From positions 1,260,001 to 1,292,000 of the forward strand of contig NC_004459.3 of assembly GCF_000039765.1 (NCBI RefSeq): a DNA stretch of 32,000 nucleotides, in the 5' to 3' direction. The notes beneath the pieces were generated by a model. It was not told the origin of the DNA. It saw only the letters and a program-made list of their open reading frames with translations, and made no database searches. The DNA comes from Vibrio vulnificus CMCP6. Its GTDB lineage: Bacteria > Pseudomonadota > Gammaproteobacteria > Enterobacterales > Vibrionaceae. Positions 11,111 to 21,647 of the stretch are shown piece after piece; the first letter of the stretch is position 1, and each line of letters starts with the position of its first letter. The position numbers and the translations under genes are program-made.

Positions 11111-11656
11111 ATGTCCTTTAGCGATCAGAACTTAATTTGGATCGATCTTGAGATGACAGGCTTGGATCCTGACGTTCATAAAATTATTGAAATAGCGTCT
11201 ATCGTCACCGATAGCGAGCTAAACATTTTAGCCGAAGGACCGGTACTTGCGATTCATCAGTCAGAAGAGGAACTCGCAAAAATGGATGAGTGGTGTACCA
11301 ATACACACACGGGTAGTGGTCTCGTAGAGCGAGTGCGTGGTAGTCAAATTACTGAGCAGGAGGCGGTTGAACAAACCATCGCTTTCTTAGAAAAGTGGGT
11401 ACCTAAAGGAGTATCGCCAATCTGCGGTAACAGCATTGGGCAAGATCGTCGTTTTTTGTACCGCCATATGCCTGAGCTTGAAGGCTATTTTCACTACCGT
11501 TATATCGACGTCAGTACTTTGAAAGAATTGACTAGAAGATGGAATCCGGAAGTATTGAAAGGTTTTTCTAAGCAGGGAACTCACCTAGCACTCGACGATA
11601 TTCGGGAATCTATTGCAGAACTTAAGTTCTATCGCCAAACCATTTTTAAGATTTAG
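11111..11656 (+). CDS. orn: Oligoribonuclease
   Basis: [20 protein letters not shown] starts a DEDDh exonuclease, with later H-x4-D ([11 protein letters not shown]). The track ORF (10874) is an upstream extension overlapping rsgA. The ATG at 11111 gives 181 aa. Confidence 0.95.
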
Positions 11657-11750
11657 TATTGATTTCACGCGCTAGGGCGATGAATTTTTAGCTGCTTTGT
11701 GCGCTTTTTCATCGAACGGAAAAAATTTAAGGATTTTTTCTACGAAGGAC

Positions 11751-11778
11751 TTGCATCACAAAAAAATGCTCTTATAAT
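11751..11778 (+). promoter_or_regulatory. Putative sigma70 promoter of the tRNA operon (stringent-type)
   Basis: TTGCAT, a 16-nt spacer, then a perfect TATAAT. It has A/T-tract upstream (UP-like) sequence and the GC-rich discriminator TCGCAGCCC. It lies about 35 nt before the first tRNA. Confidence 0.6.
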
Positions 11779-11812
11779 TCGCAGCCCTGAACGACGTAAA
11801 ACGTTGTTGATT

Positions 11813-11888
11813 GCGACACTAGCTCAGTTGGTAGAGCGCAACCTTGCCAAGGTTGAGGTCACGAGTTCGAACCTCGTGTGTCGCTCCA
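11813..11888 (+). tRNA. tRNA-Gly (anticodon GCC), copy 1
   Basis: 76-nt cloverleaf read by hand: GCGACAC/GTGTCGC acceptor, anticodon loop TTGCCAA, TTCGAAC T-loop, encoded CCA. Close to E. coli glyVXY tRNA. Confidence 0.95.
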
Positions 11889-11921
11889 AATTACAGTTCT
11901 CATCGTACTTAACGATGACAT

Positions 11922-11997
11922 GCGACACTAGCTCAGTTGGTAGAGCGCAACCTTGCCAAGGTTGAGGTCACGAGTTCGAACCTCGTGTGTCGCTCCA
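11922..11997 (+). tRNA. tRNA-Gly (GCC), copy 2
   Basis: Identical to copy 1, with a 109-nt repeat period. Confidence 0.95.
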
Positions 11998-12030
11998 AAT
12001 TACAGTTCTCATCGTACTTAACGATGACAT

Positions 12031-12106
12031 GCGACACTAGCTCAGTTGGTAGAGCGCAACCTTGCCAAGGTTGAGGTCACGAGTTCGAACCTCGTGTGTC
12101 GCTCCA
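12031..12106 (+). tRNA. tRNA-Gly (GCC), copy 3
   Basis: Identical to copy 1. Confidence 0.95.
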
Positions 12107-12139
12107 AATTACAGTTCTCATCGTACTTAACGATGACAT

Positions 12140-12215
12140 GCGACACTAGCTCAGTTGGTAGAGCGCAACCTTGCCAAGGTTGAGGTCACGAGTTCGAACC
12201 TCGTGTGTCGCTCCA
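12140..12215 (+). tRNA. tRNA-Gly (GCC), copy 4
   Basis: Identical to copy 1. Confidence 0.95.
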
Positions 12216-12249
12216 GTTTACAGCCCTTATCGTGCTTAACGATGACATT

Positions 12250-12325
12250 GCGACACTAGCTCAGTTGGTAGAGCGCAACCTTGCCAAGGTTGAGGTCACG
12301 AGTTCGAACCTCGTGTGTCGCTCCA
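12250..12325 (+). tRNA. tRNA-Gly (GCC), copy 5
   Basis: Identical tRNA body. The flanking spacers diverge from those of copies 1-4. Confidence 0.95.
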
Positions 12326-12380
12326 CTTTCTTTCAAGTGGATGAAATAGCCTTTATCGTGCTTAACGATAACAATACGGA

Positions 12381-12457
<77 letters not shown>

Positions 12458-12499
12458 ATTTCAAAGCTCTCACTGTGCTTAACAGTGACACAATACGGA

Positions 12500-12576
<77 letters not shown>

Positions 12577-12617
12577 ATTTCAAAGCTTTCATTGTGCTTA
12601 ACGATGACATACATGGA

Positions 12618-12694
<77 letters not shown>

Positions 12695-12736
12695 ATTTCA
12701 AAGCTCTCACTGTGCTTAACGGTGACACAATACGGA

Positions 12737-12813
<77 letters not shown>

Positions 12814-12944
12814 ATTTTCGGACGATGACAATTCCTTGTTTTGTGCGAAAGATGCTATCCCGTCATGCAATGAGGCGGTGATCATCACCTTCTGTACTGC
12901 TCTTTCAATAATGCTGCGAAGCATGAATCCCTAAAATGAAACCC

Positions 12945-12974
12945 ATGTCCGATACAGATGTTCGGATGTTTTTG
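12945..12974 (+). terminator. Candidate terminator of the tRNA operon
   Basis: ATGTCCGA-tacagatgt-TCGGATGT forms an 8-bp stem that includes two G-U pairs, followed by TTTTTG. It lies about 130 nt after the last tRNA. Confidence 0.4.
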
Positions 12975-13054
12975 TCGTTTCACTTTTCTACCTTAAAAAC
13001 CACTGTCTCTCTTAGCATAGAAAGATAGGGTGTTTCCCTTGTTCATTAACAGAC

Positions 13055-13094
13055 TTATCCACAGAAAATGAAATGTGGATAACTTGGTTGATAA
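13055..13094. promoter_or_regulatory. DnaA-box cluster (datA-like candidate)
   Basis: A perfect TTATCCACA (13055-13063) faces a perfect TGTGGATAA (13074-13082) across 10 bp. A third box, GGTTGATAA (13086-13094), has 2 mismatches. A one-mismatch box, TTTTCCACA, lies at 13328-13336. All sit in an ORF-free convergent spacer. Confidence 0.6.
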
Positions 13095-13388
13095 CAATGA
13101 GTAGACAACATATTCCTCTTGTCAAGAAAGGATCTTTTTTCGTTTTTACAATTAATGTTTAAATGCGTAAATTTGTATTTATTTGTTTTTAAAGGGTTTT
13201 TGCGTTTTTTCTTGATTTTAATGACGTTGCTTTTTGATCATTAAGCTCTGCTTTATTGATCCTAGTCATTGATTGGATATGTGTTTAACTTTTTTTGTCT
13301 TCGAGTTTGTAAGTAACTTTGCTAATTTTTTCCACATTTTGAAATTTGAGATGGGAATCAAATATTGCAACGCAAAAATGTGTGGTTG

Positions 13389-14510
13389 TTATCTTGCATC
13401 TCTTGGTAGCCCTTTATCGACGATGCGTATCAGTCTTTGCTTTTTTACATCAAGGGAGAAGTGGCCAGCTTGGGCTGCTTGTTCTTCCAATGCCCAGTTG
13501 ATGTGTTCATCCAGTAATTCACTCATTCCCTTGCGAGACTCAAGAGCCGTGACGATTTGTGGAGAGAAAGGTGCGTTGCCCATCGCGACGGCAATATTTC
13601 TGAGCCATTGCAGATGGCCAATGCGGCGAATCGCGGAGCCTTCCATGTTTTTTAGGAAAGTCGGTTCGTCCCACTGAAACAATGCAATGAGCGAGGCGTT
13701 GTTCAAGGGCGATCTCCGGTGGAAGTCACCTTGTTGCGTCAAGTCTGCGTAACGGTTCCAAGGACACACTAATTGGCAGTCATCACAGCCATAAATTCGA
13801 TTGCCAATTGCTTTACGAAACTCTGGCGCGATGATTCCGTCGTGTTCGATGGTGAGATAAGAAATGCAGCGACGAGCGTCGACAACTTTGTTATCGACAA
13901 TAGCTTGGGTGGGGCAAGAGGTGATACAGGCTTGGCATTTTCCGCACGCCTCTTCACTGGCTTGGTCTACTGGTAATGGTAAATCAATCAGCAGCTCGCC
14001 TAGGAAGAACCATGAACCTGCGTCTTTATCGAGAATGAGCGAATGTTTTCCTGTCCAGCCAAGCCCAGCTTTTTGAGCTAAGGGGCGCTCTAGGATCGGT
14101 GCTGAATCAACGAAAGGGCGATAGCCAAATTGACCCACTTCGGCTTCAATTTTTTTTGCGAGGGCAGAAAGCTGCTTGCGCACTAATTTATGATAGTCAC
14201 GGCCGAGAGCGTAGCGGCTAATATAACCTTGTGTCGGATCCGCGAGATCGGCTGCGAATTGCGCTTGAGGAGGCAGGTAGTTCATACGAACACTGATCAC
14301 TCTTACGGTTCCTGGTAAGAGTTCGGCTGGACGTGCGCGCATCATGCCATGTCTTGCCATCCAATCCATGCTGCCGTGATAACCTGCGTCGAGCCATTTT
14401 TGCAACTGTGCTTCGTGCTCCGTTAAATCAATGTCGCAGATCCCGACTTTTTCAAAGCCGAGTTCTTTTCCCCATTGTTTTATTTGCTGTGCAAGTTGCT
14501 GGTAATCCAT
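13389..14510 (-). CDS. queG: Epoxyqueuosine reductase
   Basis: 373 aa with two 4Fe-4S ferredoxin motifs (CGKCQACITSCP, CDDCQLVCP) and a C-terminal HEAT-like region. The synteny (tRNA-Gly cluster next to queG) is as in E. coli. Confidence 0.93.
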   Translation of the reverse strand: MDYQQLAQQIKQWGKELGFEKVGICDIDLTEHEAQLQKWLDAGYHGSMDWMARHGMMRARPAELLPGTVRVISVRMNYLPPQAQFAADLADPTQGYISRYALGRDYHKLVRKQLSALAKKIEAEVGQFGYRPFVDSAPILERPLAQKAGLGWTGKHSLILDKDAGSWFFLGELLIDLPLPVDQASEEACGKCQACITSCPTQAIVDNKVVDARRCISYLTIEHDGIIAPEFRKAIGNRIYGCDDCQLVCPWNRYADLTQQGDFHRRSPLNNASLIALFQWDEPTFLKNMEGSAIRRIGHLQWLRNIAVAMGNAPFSPQIVTALESRKGMSELLDEHINWALEEQAAQAGHFSLDVKKQRLIRIVDKGLPRDAR

Positions 14511-14701
14511 GGTGACTGCCTGTTCAAAACGGACGCGGATCTTACTGGATCTTCACGTTAGGTTCTAGCACAACCCTCAATCGAGAGCGATTTTTCGTTG
14601 AAATGACAATTGGGTGCTTGTCTCTCAAAATGGACACGGTTTACTATTCGTGTTCTTTTGATTTTTATATAGTCAACTTCGATATTCAGAGATACATGAT
14701 C

Positions 14702-15166
14702 ATGAACGCAAAACAGTTCGAACTGAAAGATGAGCAGGCGACCATACTGCTTGGAACACAACTCGCCCATCTTTGTTCTCAACAGACCACGATTTACTTA
14801 CACGGTGATCTTGGGGCTGGAAAAACCACTTTTAGCCGTGGTTTTGTAAGAGCGCTTGGTCATGCTGGTAACGTAAAAAGCCCAACCTATACCTTAGTCG
14901 AGCCTTATCAGTTAGCCGATTGGCAAGTGTATCATTTTGATCTTTACCGTTTGGCCGATCCTGAAGAGCTCGAATTCATGGGCATTCGCGACTATTTTAC
15001 CGCGGATGCGATCTGCTTAGTGGAGTGGCCGGAGAAAGGGGAAGGTCTCCTCCCTAAACCGGATCTGGATATTGATATTCGCTATCAAGGTGAACAACGT
15101 ATTGCTCAGGTAAAAGCAAATAATGACTATGGCCTAAAGCTGCTCAGTAAATTGGAGTTATGTTGA
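14702..15166 (+). CDS. tsaE: tRNA t6A37 biosynthesis ATPase TsaE (YjeE)
   Basis: It has the P-loop [13 protein letters not shown] and the blocks [10 protein letters not shown] and HFDLYRL. The start is trimmed to [12 protein letters not shown], matching E. coli N-terminal spacing, with AGAGA 9 nt upstream. The alternative ATG at 14696 is possible. Confidence 0.92.
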   Translation: MNAKQFELKDEQATILLGTQLAHLCSQQTTIYLHGDLGAGKTTFSRGFVRALGHAGNVKSPTYTLVEPYQLADWQVYHFDLYRLADPEELEFMGIRDYFTADAICLVEWPEKGEGLLPKPDLDIDIRYQGEQRIAQVKANNDYGLKLLSKLELC

Positions 15167-16878
15167 GTTTAAAGCGCATTCAAAAAGCAGCAGTTTGGCT
15201 GTCTGCTCTTTACTTTTTGATCCCTTCTTTAGTTTGGGCCAATGTTTTACAAGGCGTGAGGGTATGGCCTTCACCGGATGAAACTCGAGTGGTAGTAGAT
15301 TTAGCGGACGAAGCAAACTTCAGCTATTTCTCATTGACCAAGCCTGATCGTTTAGTGGTGGATCTGAAAAGTACATCACTCAAAACTAAGCTGCCGATTA
15401 CCGTCAGTGATAGCCCGGTGCTGTCTCGCATCCGTCAAAGCTCACCGCCAGAGCAAGGCACCTATCGTTTGGTGTTTGAGTTGAAGAAAAGCGCCCCGGC
15501 TGAATTGTTCAAGTTGGCGCCAACCCCTGGAGGTGACTACGGGCACCGCTTGGTGATCGACTTACCGCACAAAGCTCGCAGTACAACGACATCGAGCAAC
15601 AATAATGCGAAACCGCAAACGGTGAATAAGGACATTCAATCTGTTCAACGAGCGGAAGAAATTTTGATCGTGATTGATCCCGGCCATGGGGGTGAAGACC
15701 CAGGTTCGATTGGTCCGACGCGTCGCTATGAAAAAAATGCCACATTGAGCATTTCACACAAAATTGCCGCAGAGCTTGACGCGGTTCCTGGTATCAAAAC
15801 CAAGCTGACGCGTTCTGGGGATTACTTTGTCAACCTCAACCGCCGCGTGGCGATTGCTCGTGAAAACGACGCACACCTGTTGATCTCTGTGCATGCGGAT
15901 GCTTTTACTTCACCGCAACCACGTGGTGGATCGGTGTTTGTGTTGAATACCCGTCGCGCGAACACGGAAATTGCACGTTGGGTTGAGAATCACGAAAAGC
16001 AATCTGAAATCTTGGGTGGTTCAGGCGCGGCGTTTACGAACATCAATGATAAGAACGTCAACCAAACCTTACTGGATTTACAGTTTAGCCACTCGCAGAA
16101 AGAGGGCTACAAACTCGCCACAGAGATTTTGTCGGAAATGGGAAAAGTTGCGCAGTTGCATAACAGCCAGCCAATCAACACCAGTTTGGCGGTTTTGCGC
16201 TCCCCACAAATCCCTTCAGTACTGGTAGAAACAGGATTTATCTCCAACCCAACCGAGGAAAAACTGCTGTTTCAGCGCGCACACCAAGATAAGCTGGCTA
16301 AAGCGATCTCAAAGGCAGTGCTGAAATACCTGAAAGATAATCCACCGGAAGGAACGGTGTTTGCCTCCAGTGCGAAGCCGATTGTTCACACCGTTAAACG
16401 GGGTGAGTCGTTAAGTGTGATCGCTGAGCGTTATGGCACTTCAACGCAAACGATCATGAAAGACAATCAGTTAAAATCTTCAACTCTGTCGATTGGTCAA
16501 ACGTTGAAAATTCACCGTGGTGTGCCCGGACCTAAGGTGATTGCGGCTCAACCGAATACCGTGGAAACCAAGACCATTACCCACAAGGTCAGCAAAGGTG
16601 AATTTTTGGGCATGATTGCCGATCGTTATAAAGTGTCGGTCGCTGATATTCGTCGAGAGAATAAGCTCAAGTCTGACACCTTATGGGTAGGGCAGAAATT
16701 GAGCATCACCGTGAACTTGAAAGATCAACCGATCCGCAAACACACGGTAGCTCGTGGAGAGTTTCTGAGTAAAATTGCAGCCAAGTATGGTGTGAGTGTT
16801 TCGAGCATCCGCCAAGCGAACAACTTGCGTTCCGATGAGCTGGCAATTGGGCAGGTATTGATTATTCCAAATAAATAG
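15160..16878 (+). CDS. amiB: N-acetylmuramoyl-L-alanine amidase AmiB (AMIN + amidase_3 + 3 LysM)
   Basis: It has a signal peptide, an AMIN-like N-domain, and an Amidase_3 core ([11 protein letters not shown] ... SVHADA ... ETGFISN). Three C-terminal LysM repeats follow ([26 protein letters not shown]). The start overlaps the tsaE stop in ATGTTGA. Confidence 0.93.
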   Translation: MLSLKRIQKAAVWLSALYFLIPSLVWANVLQGVRVWPSPDETRVVVDLADEANFSYFSLTKPDRLVVDLKSTSLKTKLPITVSDSPVLSRIRQSSPPEQGTYRLVFELKKSAPAELFKLAPTPGGDYGHRLVIDLPHKARSTTTSSNNNAKPQTVNKDIQSVQRAEEILIVIDPGHGGEDPGSIGPTRRYEKNATLSISHKIAAELDAVPGIKTKLTRSGDYFVNLNRRVAIARENDAHLLISVHADAFTSPQPRGGSVFVLNTRRANTEIARWVENHEKQSEILGGSGAAFTNINDKNVNQTLLDLQFSHSQKEGYKLATEILSEMGKVAQLHNSQPINTSLAVLRSPQIPSVLVETGFISNPTEEKLLFQRAHQDKLAKAISKAVLKYLKDNPPEGTVFASSAKPIVHTVKRGESLSVIAERYGTSTQTIMKDNQLKSSTLSIGQTLKIHRGVPGPKVIAAQPNTVETKTITHKVSKGEFLGMIADRYKVSVADIRRENKLKSDTLWVGQKLSITVNLKDQPIRKHTVARGEFLSKIAAKYGVSVSSIRQANNLRSDELAIGQVLIIPNK

Positions 16879-16886
16879 GCAGAGAG

Positions 16887-18881
16887 ATGACGATCCGGAT
16901 ACTACCAGCGCGTTTGGCGAACCAGATAGCGGCTGGTGAAGTGGTTGAACGCCCCGCTTCTGTGGTCAAAGAGTTAGTGGAAAATAGCCTTGACTCAGGG
17001 GCAACTAAGATTGACATCGATATCGAGAAAGGCGGCGCAAAGCTGATTCGTATCCGTGATAACGGCTCTGGTATTGTGAAAGATGAGCTGGGCCTTGCGC
17101 TAAGTCGACACGCAACGTCAAAAATCCACACCTTGGACGATCTGGAAGCGATCATGAGTCTTGGGTTTCGTGGAGAAGCGTTAGCCAGTATCAGTTCAGT
17201 ATCGCGTTTGACCCTTACCTCTCGCCCTGCAACGCAAGAGCAAGCGTGGAGTGCTTATACGGAAGGGCGGGATATGCAGGTAAAACTGCAGCCTACCGCT
17301 CACCCGATTGGTACCACCGTTGAAGTGGTCGACCTGTTTTTTAACACCCCCGCCAGACGCAAATTTCTTCGTACTGAGAAAACCGAATTTGCTCATATTG
17401 ATGAGCTGCTAAAACGGATTGCACTCAGCTGCTTTGATGTGTCGATAACCTTACGCCACAACGGCAAAGTGATCCGCCAATACCGTGCTGCACACAATGA
17501 TCTTCAGGCAGAAAAACGCTTAGCCACCGTTTGTGGTCAAGCGTTTGTACGTTGCATGCTGAAAATAGAGCTAGAACATCAAGGCCTCAAACTTCACGGT
17601 TGGATCACCACGCCAGAAGGGGCTCGCCAGCAAAGTGATCTGCAATATTGTTATGTTAATGGCCGGATGATGCGCGACAAGCTCATCAATCATGCCATTC
17701 GCCAAAGCTATGAGACGAGCTTAAAGCCTGAGCAATTTGCCGCTTATGTTCTATTCATTGAGTTGGACCCACATCAAGTTGACGTCAACGTTCATCCGGC
17801 CAAACATGAAGTGCGATTCCATCAAGCCCGCTTGGTGCATGATTTTATTTATCAAGCGCTTGCAAGTGCGTTGGCGCAAAGTGACAGTATCGAGCAACCG
17901 CAAATCAATGAGTCAGCTTTTCATTATCAAGCCGAGCCAGAAGTTGCTCCACAAGGCAGCTTTCCTGCCGAAAGTAATGAGGTTCCACAAGCGGTTTATC
18001 ATGCGATTGAAAAAGCGCCAGCCTATCCACGAAAAGCAGGACAAGAGCAACAGTTACAGCCAGTAGCACCTTTGGAAAGCTCGTTTTCTAGTGAACAAGG
18101 CCGTGAAGTTTCACCTGCGCCACACAATGAGCGCAAGGCTTGGATGGAGTCACGATCCCCTGCGCGCCATACAACATCTTCAAATCAGAGTGAACGCTAT
18201 GGCGAGCCAGCACCCAGCAAACAGCAAGTCAAAGCCTATGCTGAGTTACTTCATACCCCGGATTTTCCGTCCCAGAATGTGGAATGTCATCCGTCGCCCT
18301 CTATCGCCTCTCCTGTCCAAGAGTTAGGGAAGGCGGTATCTGTGGTGGCGCAACGTTATCTTTTGACGACAACGAAGGCGGGTTGCCAACTGATTTCTCT
18401 TGCTCGTGCAGAGTTCTATCGAACCCTTGGGCAACTGAATGGCGATAAAGCGCCATTGAAGTCTCAGCCTTTGTTGGTGCCGCTTTCGCTAAAACTGGAA
18501 AAAGGGTTGGTTCATGCCGCGCAAGAGCATCAAGATCGTTTTGCTCGCATGGGGATCCTCTTCAAAATGCGTAATGAGAAAGCCCTGATGGTGATGGGGG
18601 TGCCTGCGCCATTAAGGCAACAAAATTTACAACTTCTTATTCCAGATCTGTTATCTTACGCCGCTTCGCAAGCCCAGAAGGAAGAGCTGGCACAAAATGA
18701 CACGGCGATGGCGCAGTGGTTGGCGTTGCGTGTGGCAAAAGTGAAAAGCCACTATACACTTTCTGAGGCGATACAAATTATTTCGGAACTCGAACAACTC
18801 TGGCAAGAGAAGCTCCCGCTACAGGATTCTCAACTGGTCACGAGTGTCGATTTCTCGGCAACGATTGCACAACTGACATGA
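16887..18881 (+). CDS. mutL: DNA mismatch repair protein MutL
   Basis: It has the GHKL ATPase N-terminus ([44 protein letters not shown]), a Pro/Gln/Ser-rich linker and a C-terminal dimerisation domain. Confidence 0.97.
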   Translation: MTIRILPARLANQIAAGEVVERPASVVKELVENSLDSGATKIDIDIEKGGAKLIRIRDNGSGIVKDELGLALSRHATSKIHTLDDLEAIMSLGFRGEALASISSVSRLTLTSRPATQEQAWSAYTEGRDMQVKLQPTAHPIGTTVEVVDLFFNTPARRKFLRTEKTEFAHIDELLKRIALSCFDVSITLRHNGKVIRQYRAAHNDLQAEKRLATVCGQAFVRCMLKIELEHQGLKLHGWITTPEGARQQSDLQYCYVNGRMMRDKLINHAIRQSYETSLKPEQFAAYVLFIELDPHQVDVNVHPAKHEVRFHQARLVHDFIYQALASALAQSDSIEQPQINESAFHYQAEPEVAPQGSFPAESNEVPQAVYHAIEKAPAYPRKAGQEQQLQPVAPLESSFSSEQGREVSPAPHNERKAWMESRSPARHTTSSNQSERYGEPAPSKQQVKAYAELLHTPDFPSQNVECHPSPSIASPVQELGKAVSVVAQRYLLTTTKAGCQLISLARAEFYRTLGQLNGDKAPLKSQPLLVPLSLKLEKGLVHAAQEHQDRFARMGILFKMRNEKALMVMGVPAPLRQQNLQLLIPDLLSYAASQAQKEELAQNDTAMAQWLALRVAKVKSHYTLSEAIQIISELEQLWQEKLPLQDSQLVTSVDFSATIAQLT

Positions 18882-18885
18882 CACC

Positions 18886-19833
18886 ATGACTGAACAATTA
18901 CCTTTAGCTCTGTTTTTAATGGGGCCGACAGCATCGGGAAAAACGGAATTAGCAATCCGATTGCGTCAACGATATCCAGTTGAACTTATCAGTGTCGACT
19001 CTGCTCTAATTTACAAGGGCATGGATATTGGCACTGCCAAACCTGATGAACGCGAGCAACAACTGGCACCGCATCGTTTGATCGATATTTTAGATCCGAC
19101 CGAAGCCTATTCTGCGGCTGATTTTCGTCGTGATGCTCTCGCAGCAATGAACGAGATCGTTGCACAAGGCAAAATTCCGCTGCTTGTTGGTGGAACTATG
19201 CTGTATTTCAAGGCGTTACTCGAAGGTCTGTCACCACTTCCTGCTGCAAATGCTGAAATACGTCAGCAAATTGAACAAGAAGCATTGACGAAAGGTTGGT
19301 CAGTATTGCACGATGAGCTTCAAGAGATTGATCCTGTATCGGCAGCGAGAATACACCCGAATGATCCGCAAAGATTGTCGCGTGCATTGGAAGTTTATCG
19401 AATTTCAGGTAAAACTCTTACTGAGCTGACGGAAACGAAAGGGGAAAGTTTACCGTTTCGTGTCAAGCAGTTCGCAATAGCTCCCAAGGAAAGGGCAGAG
19501 CTCCATCGTCGTATTGAACTGCGTTTCGATAAAATGATGGAAGCCGGATTTGAACAAGAAATGAGAGCCTTGTATACACGCAAGGATCTTCATCCGGATC
19601 TTCCTTCCATTCGATGCGTCGGTTACCGACAGATGTGGGACTATTTAGACGGGAATTGCACTTTAGATGAAGCGATCTATCGTGGTATCTGTGCAACTCG
19701 TCAATTGGCCAAGCGACAAATTACCTGGTTGCGCAGCTGGGATAATTTAACTTGGTTGGATAGCGAAAACATTGAACAGTCACTAGAAACTCTCTCAGAA
19801 GCCATAGCATCTGATAGAGATAGCTGTGTATAA
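18886..19833 (+). CDS. miaA: tRNA dimethylallyltransferase
   Basis: It has the P-loop GPTASGKT and the blocks [16 protein letters not shown] and [11 protein letters not shown]. It starts 4 nt after the mutL stop. Confidence 0.96.
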   Translation: MTEQLPLALFLMGPTASGKTELAIRLRQRYPVELISVDSALIYKGMDIGTAKPDEREQQLAPHRLIDILDPTEAYSAADFRRDALAAMNEIVAQGKIPLLVGGTMLYFKALLEGLSPLPAANAEIRQQIEQEALTKGWSVLHDELQEIDPVSAARIHPNDPQRLSRALEVYRISGKTLTELTETKGESLPFRVKQFAIAPKERAELHRRIELRFDKMMEAGFEQEMRALYTRKDLHPDLPSIRCVGYRQMWDYLDGNCTLDEAIYRGICATRQLAKRQITWLRSWDNLTWLDSENIEQSLETLSEAIASDRDSCV

Positions 19834-20010
19834 TGTGATCGTTTTTGCGTGAATACACTCTAAGAAGGATCAGTTTCTGGTAACTTGCTGTTTAGGCTGC
19901 TAGTAACTAAGGGTGTTTTTTGTTCGTTTAGCTCAGATGCAAAGGCATTTTCTTTTGCAGTGCACCACTAGCTAAATAATTACAACTACAAATTAAATAA
20001 GGAAAATAAA

Positions 20011-20271
20011 ATGGCTAAGGGGCAATCTCTACAAGACCCATTTCTAAACGCACTCCGTCGTGAGCGTATCCCTGTATCGATTTACCTAGTAAACGGTATC
20101 AAGTTGCAAGGTCAGATCGAGTCGTTCGATCAATTTGTGATCCTGCTGAAGAATACAGTAAACCAGATGGTTTATAAGCACGCAATTTCTACTGTGGTTC
20201 CTGCTCGTCCAGTGAGTCACCACAGCGGCGAGCGTGGCTCAGATCGTCCAAGCGAGAAATCGGAAGATTAA
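20011..20271 (+). CDS. hfq: RNA chaperone Hfq
   Basis: [47 protein letters not shown] is the canonical Sm1/Sm2 sequence. AAGGAAAATAAA precedes the ATG. Confidence 0.99.
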
Positions 20272-20312
20272 TTTCGTTATCGATCATTTAAACACTTTAA
20301 GGAGTTGATTGC

Positions 20313-21602
20313 TTGTTTGACCGTTATGAATCCGGTGAGCGAGCCGTACTTGTTCATGTCAACTTCACGCAACAAGGCGAGTGGGAAGACCTTGCAGAAT
20401 GTGAAATGTTGGTTTCTTCCTCAGGGGTAGAAACGTTACAGGTCATTACTGCAAGTCGTCAATCACCACACGCCAAATACTACGTCGGAGAGGGAAAGGC
20501 TCAGGAAATTGCTCAAGCTGTGCAATTGACCGGAGCTGAAATCGTGATATTTAATCACGCCCTCTCTCCTGCCCAAGAGCGCAACCTCGAAAGATTGTGT
20601 CAGTGTCGAGTCATCGACCGTACCGGTCTGATTCTGGATATTTTCGCCCAACGAGCTCGTACCCACGAAGGTAAACTTCAAGTGGAGTTGGCTCAGCTTC
20701 GACATATCTCTACTCGCTTAATTCGCGGTTGGACGCACCTTGAGAGGCAAAAAGGTGGTATTGGCTTGCGTGGACCTGGGGAAACTCAGCTTGAAACAGA
20801 CCGCCGTTTACTGCGTGAGCGTATTAAAGCGATTTTGCGTCGTCTAGAAAAAGTAGCGAAACAACGTGAGCAAGGGCGCCGTGCCCGAAATCGTGCAGAA
20901 ATTCCAACCATTTCTTTGGTCGGGTATACCAACGCAGGGAAATCCACCCTGTTTAACCGTATCACTGAAGCTGGGGTTTATGCTGCCGACCAATTGTTTG
21001 CGACGTTGGATCCGACTCTGCGTAAGATTGAACTGGCGGATGTAGGGCCAGCCATTTTGGCGGATACGGTCGGATTTATTCGACATCTACCACATGATCT
21101 GGTCGCAGCATTTAAAGCAACCTTGCAAGAAACGCAAGAAGCTGACATTTTGTTACATGTTGTTGATGCCAGTGATGAGCGTTTTCGTGAGAATATTCAA
21201 GCTGTTCACGTAGTACTAGAAGAAATCAATGCTCACGAGATACCAACACTCGTGGTGATGAACAAGATAGACAATATGGAAGACCAACGTCCACGTATTG
21301 AGCGCGATGATGAAGGGGTACCCCAAGTCGTCTGGCTTTCTGCGATGGATGGTCAAGGTATCGATCTTCTGTTTGAAGCGCTGACGGAACGTTTGGCTTC
21401 AAGCATGGTGGAGTGCCAGTTGCGAATCCCTCCACAACATCAAGGACGGTTTCGTAGTACATTCTTCCAGATGAAATGTATTCAACAGGAAGAATATGAT
21501 CAGGATGGTAACTTGTTGATCGATATTCGAATGCAGCAAGTAGATTGGTCTAGACTTGAAAAAAGAGAAGGGGCAGTTTTGAGTGACTTTATCGTTACTT
21601 AA
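20313..21602 (+). CDS. hflX: GTPase HflX
   Basis: 429 aa with the HflX N-domain and G-domain motifs (GYTNAGKST, DTVGF, NKID). It starts at a TTG preceded by AAGGAG with 8-nt spacing. Confidence 0.95.
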   Translation: MFDRYESGERAVLVHVNFTQQGEWEDLAECEMLVSSSGVETLQVITASRQSPHAKYYVGEGKAQEIAQAVQLTGAEIVIFNHALSPAQERNLERLCQCRVIDRTGLILDIFAQRARTHEGKLQVELAQLRHISTRLIRGWTHLERQKGGIGLRGPGETQLETDRRLLRERIKAILRRLEKVAKQREQGRRARNRAEIPTISLVGYTNAGKSTLFNRITEAGVYAADQLFATLDPTLRKIELADVGPAILADTVGFIRHLPHDLVAAFKATLQETQEADILLHVVDASDERFRENIQAVHVVLEEINAHEIPTLVVMNKIDNMEDQRPRIERDDEGVPQVVWLSAMDGQGIDLLFEALTERLASSMVECQLRIPPQHQGRFRSTFFQMKCIQQEEYDQDGNLLIDIRMQQVDWSRLEKREGAVLSDFIVT

Positions 21603-21647
21603 AGGACTGCTACAGTATAACGTCATATCAAATGATGGAGCTTTCTA

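Noticed and set aside
13273-13677. A 134-aa plus-strand ORF spanning the end of the tRNA-queG spacer and the queG 3' end.
   Set aside because: More than two-thirds of it is antisense to queG. Its intergenic part is AT-rich, giving low-complexity sequence (F/L/C-rich), and it has no SD.
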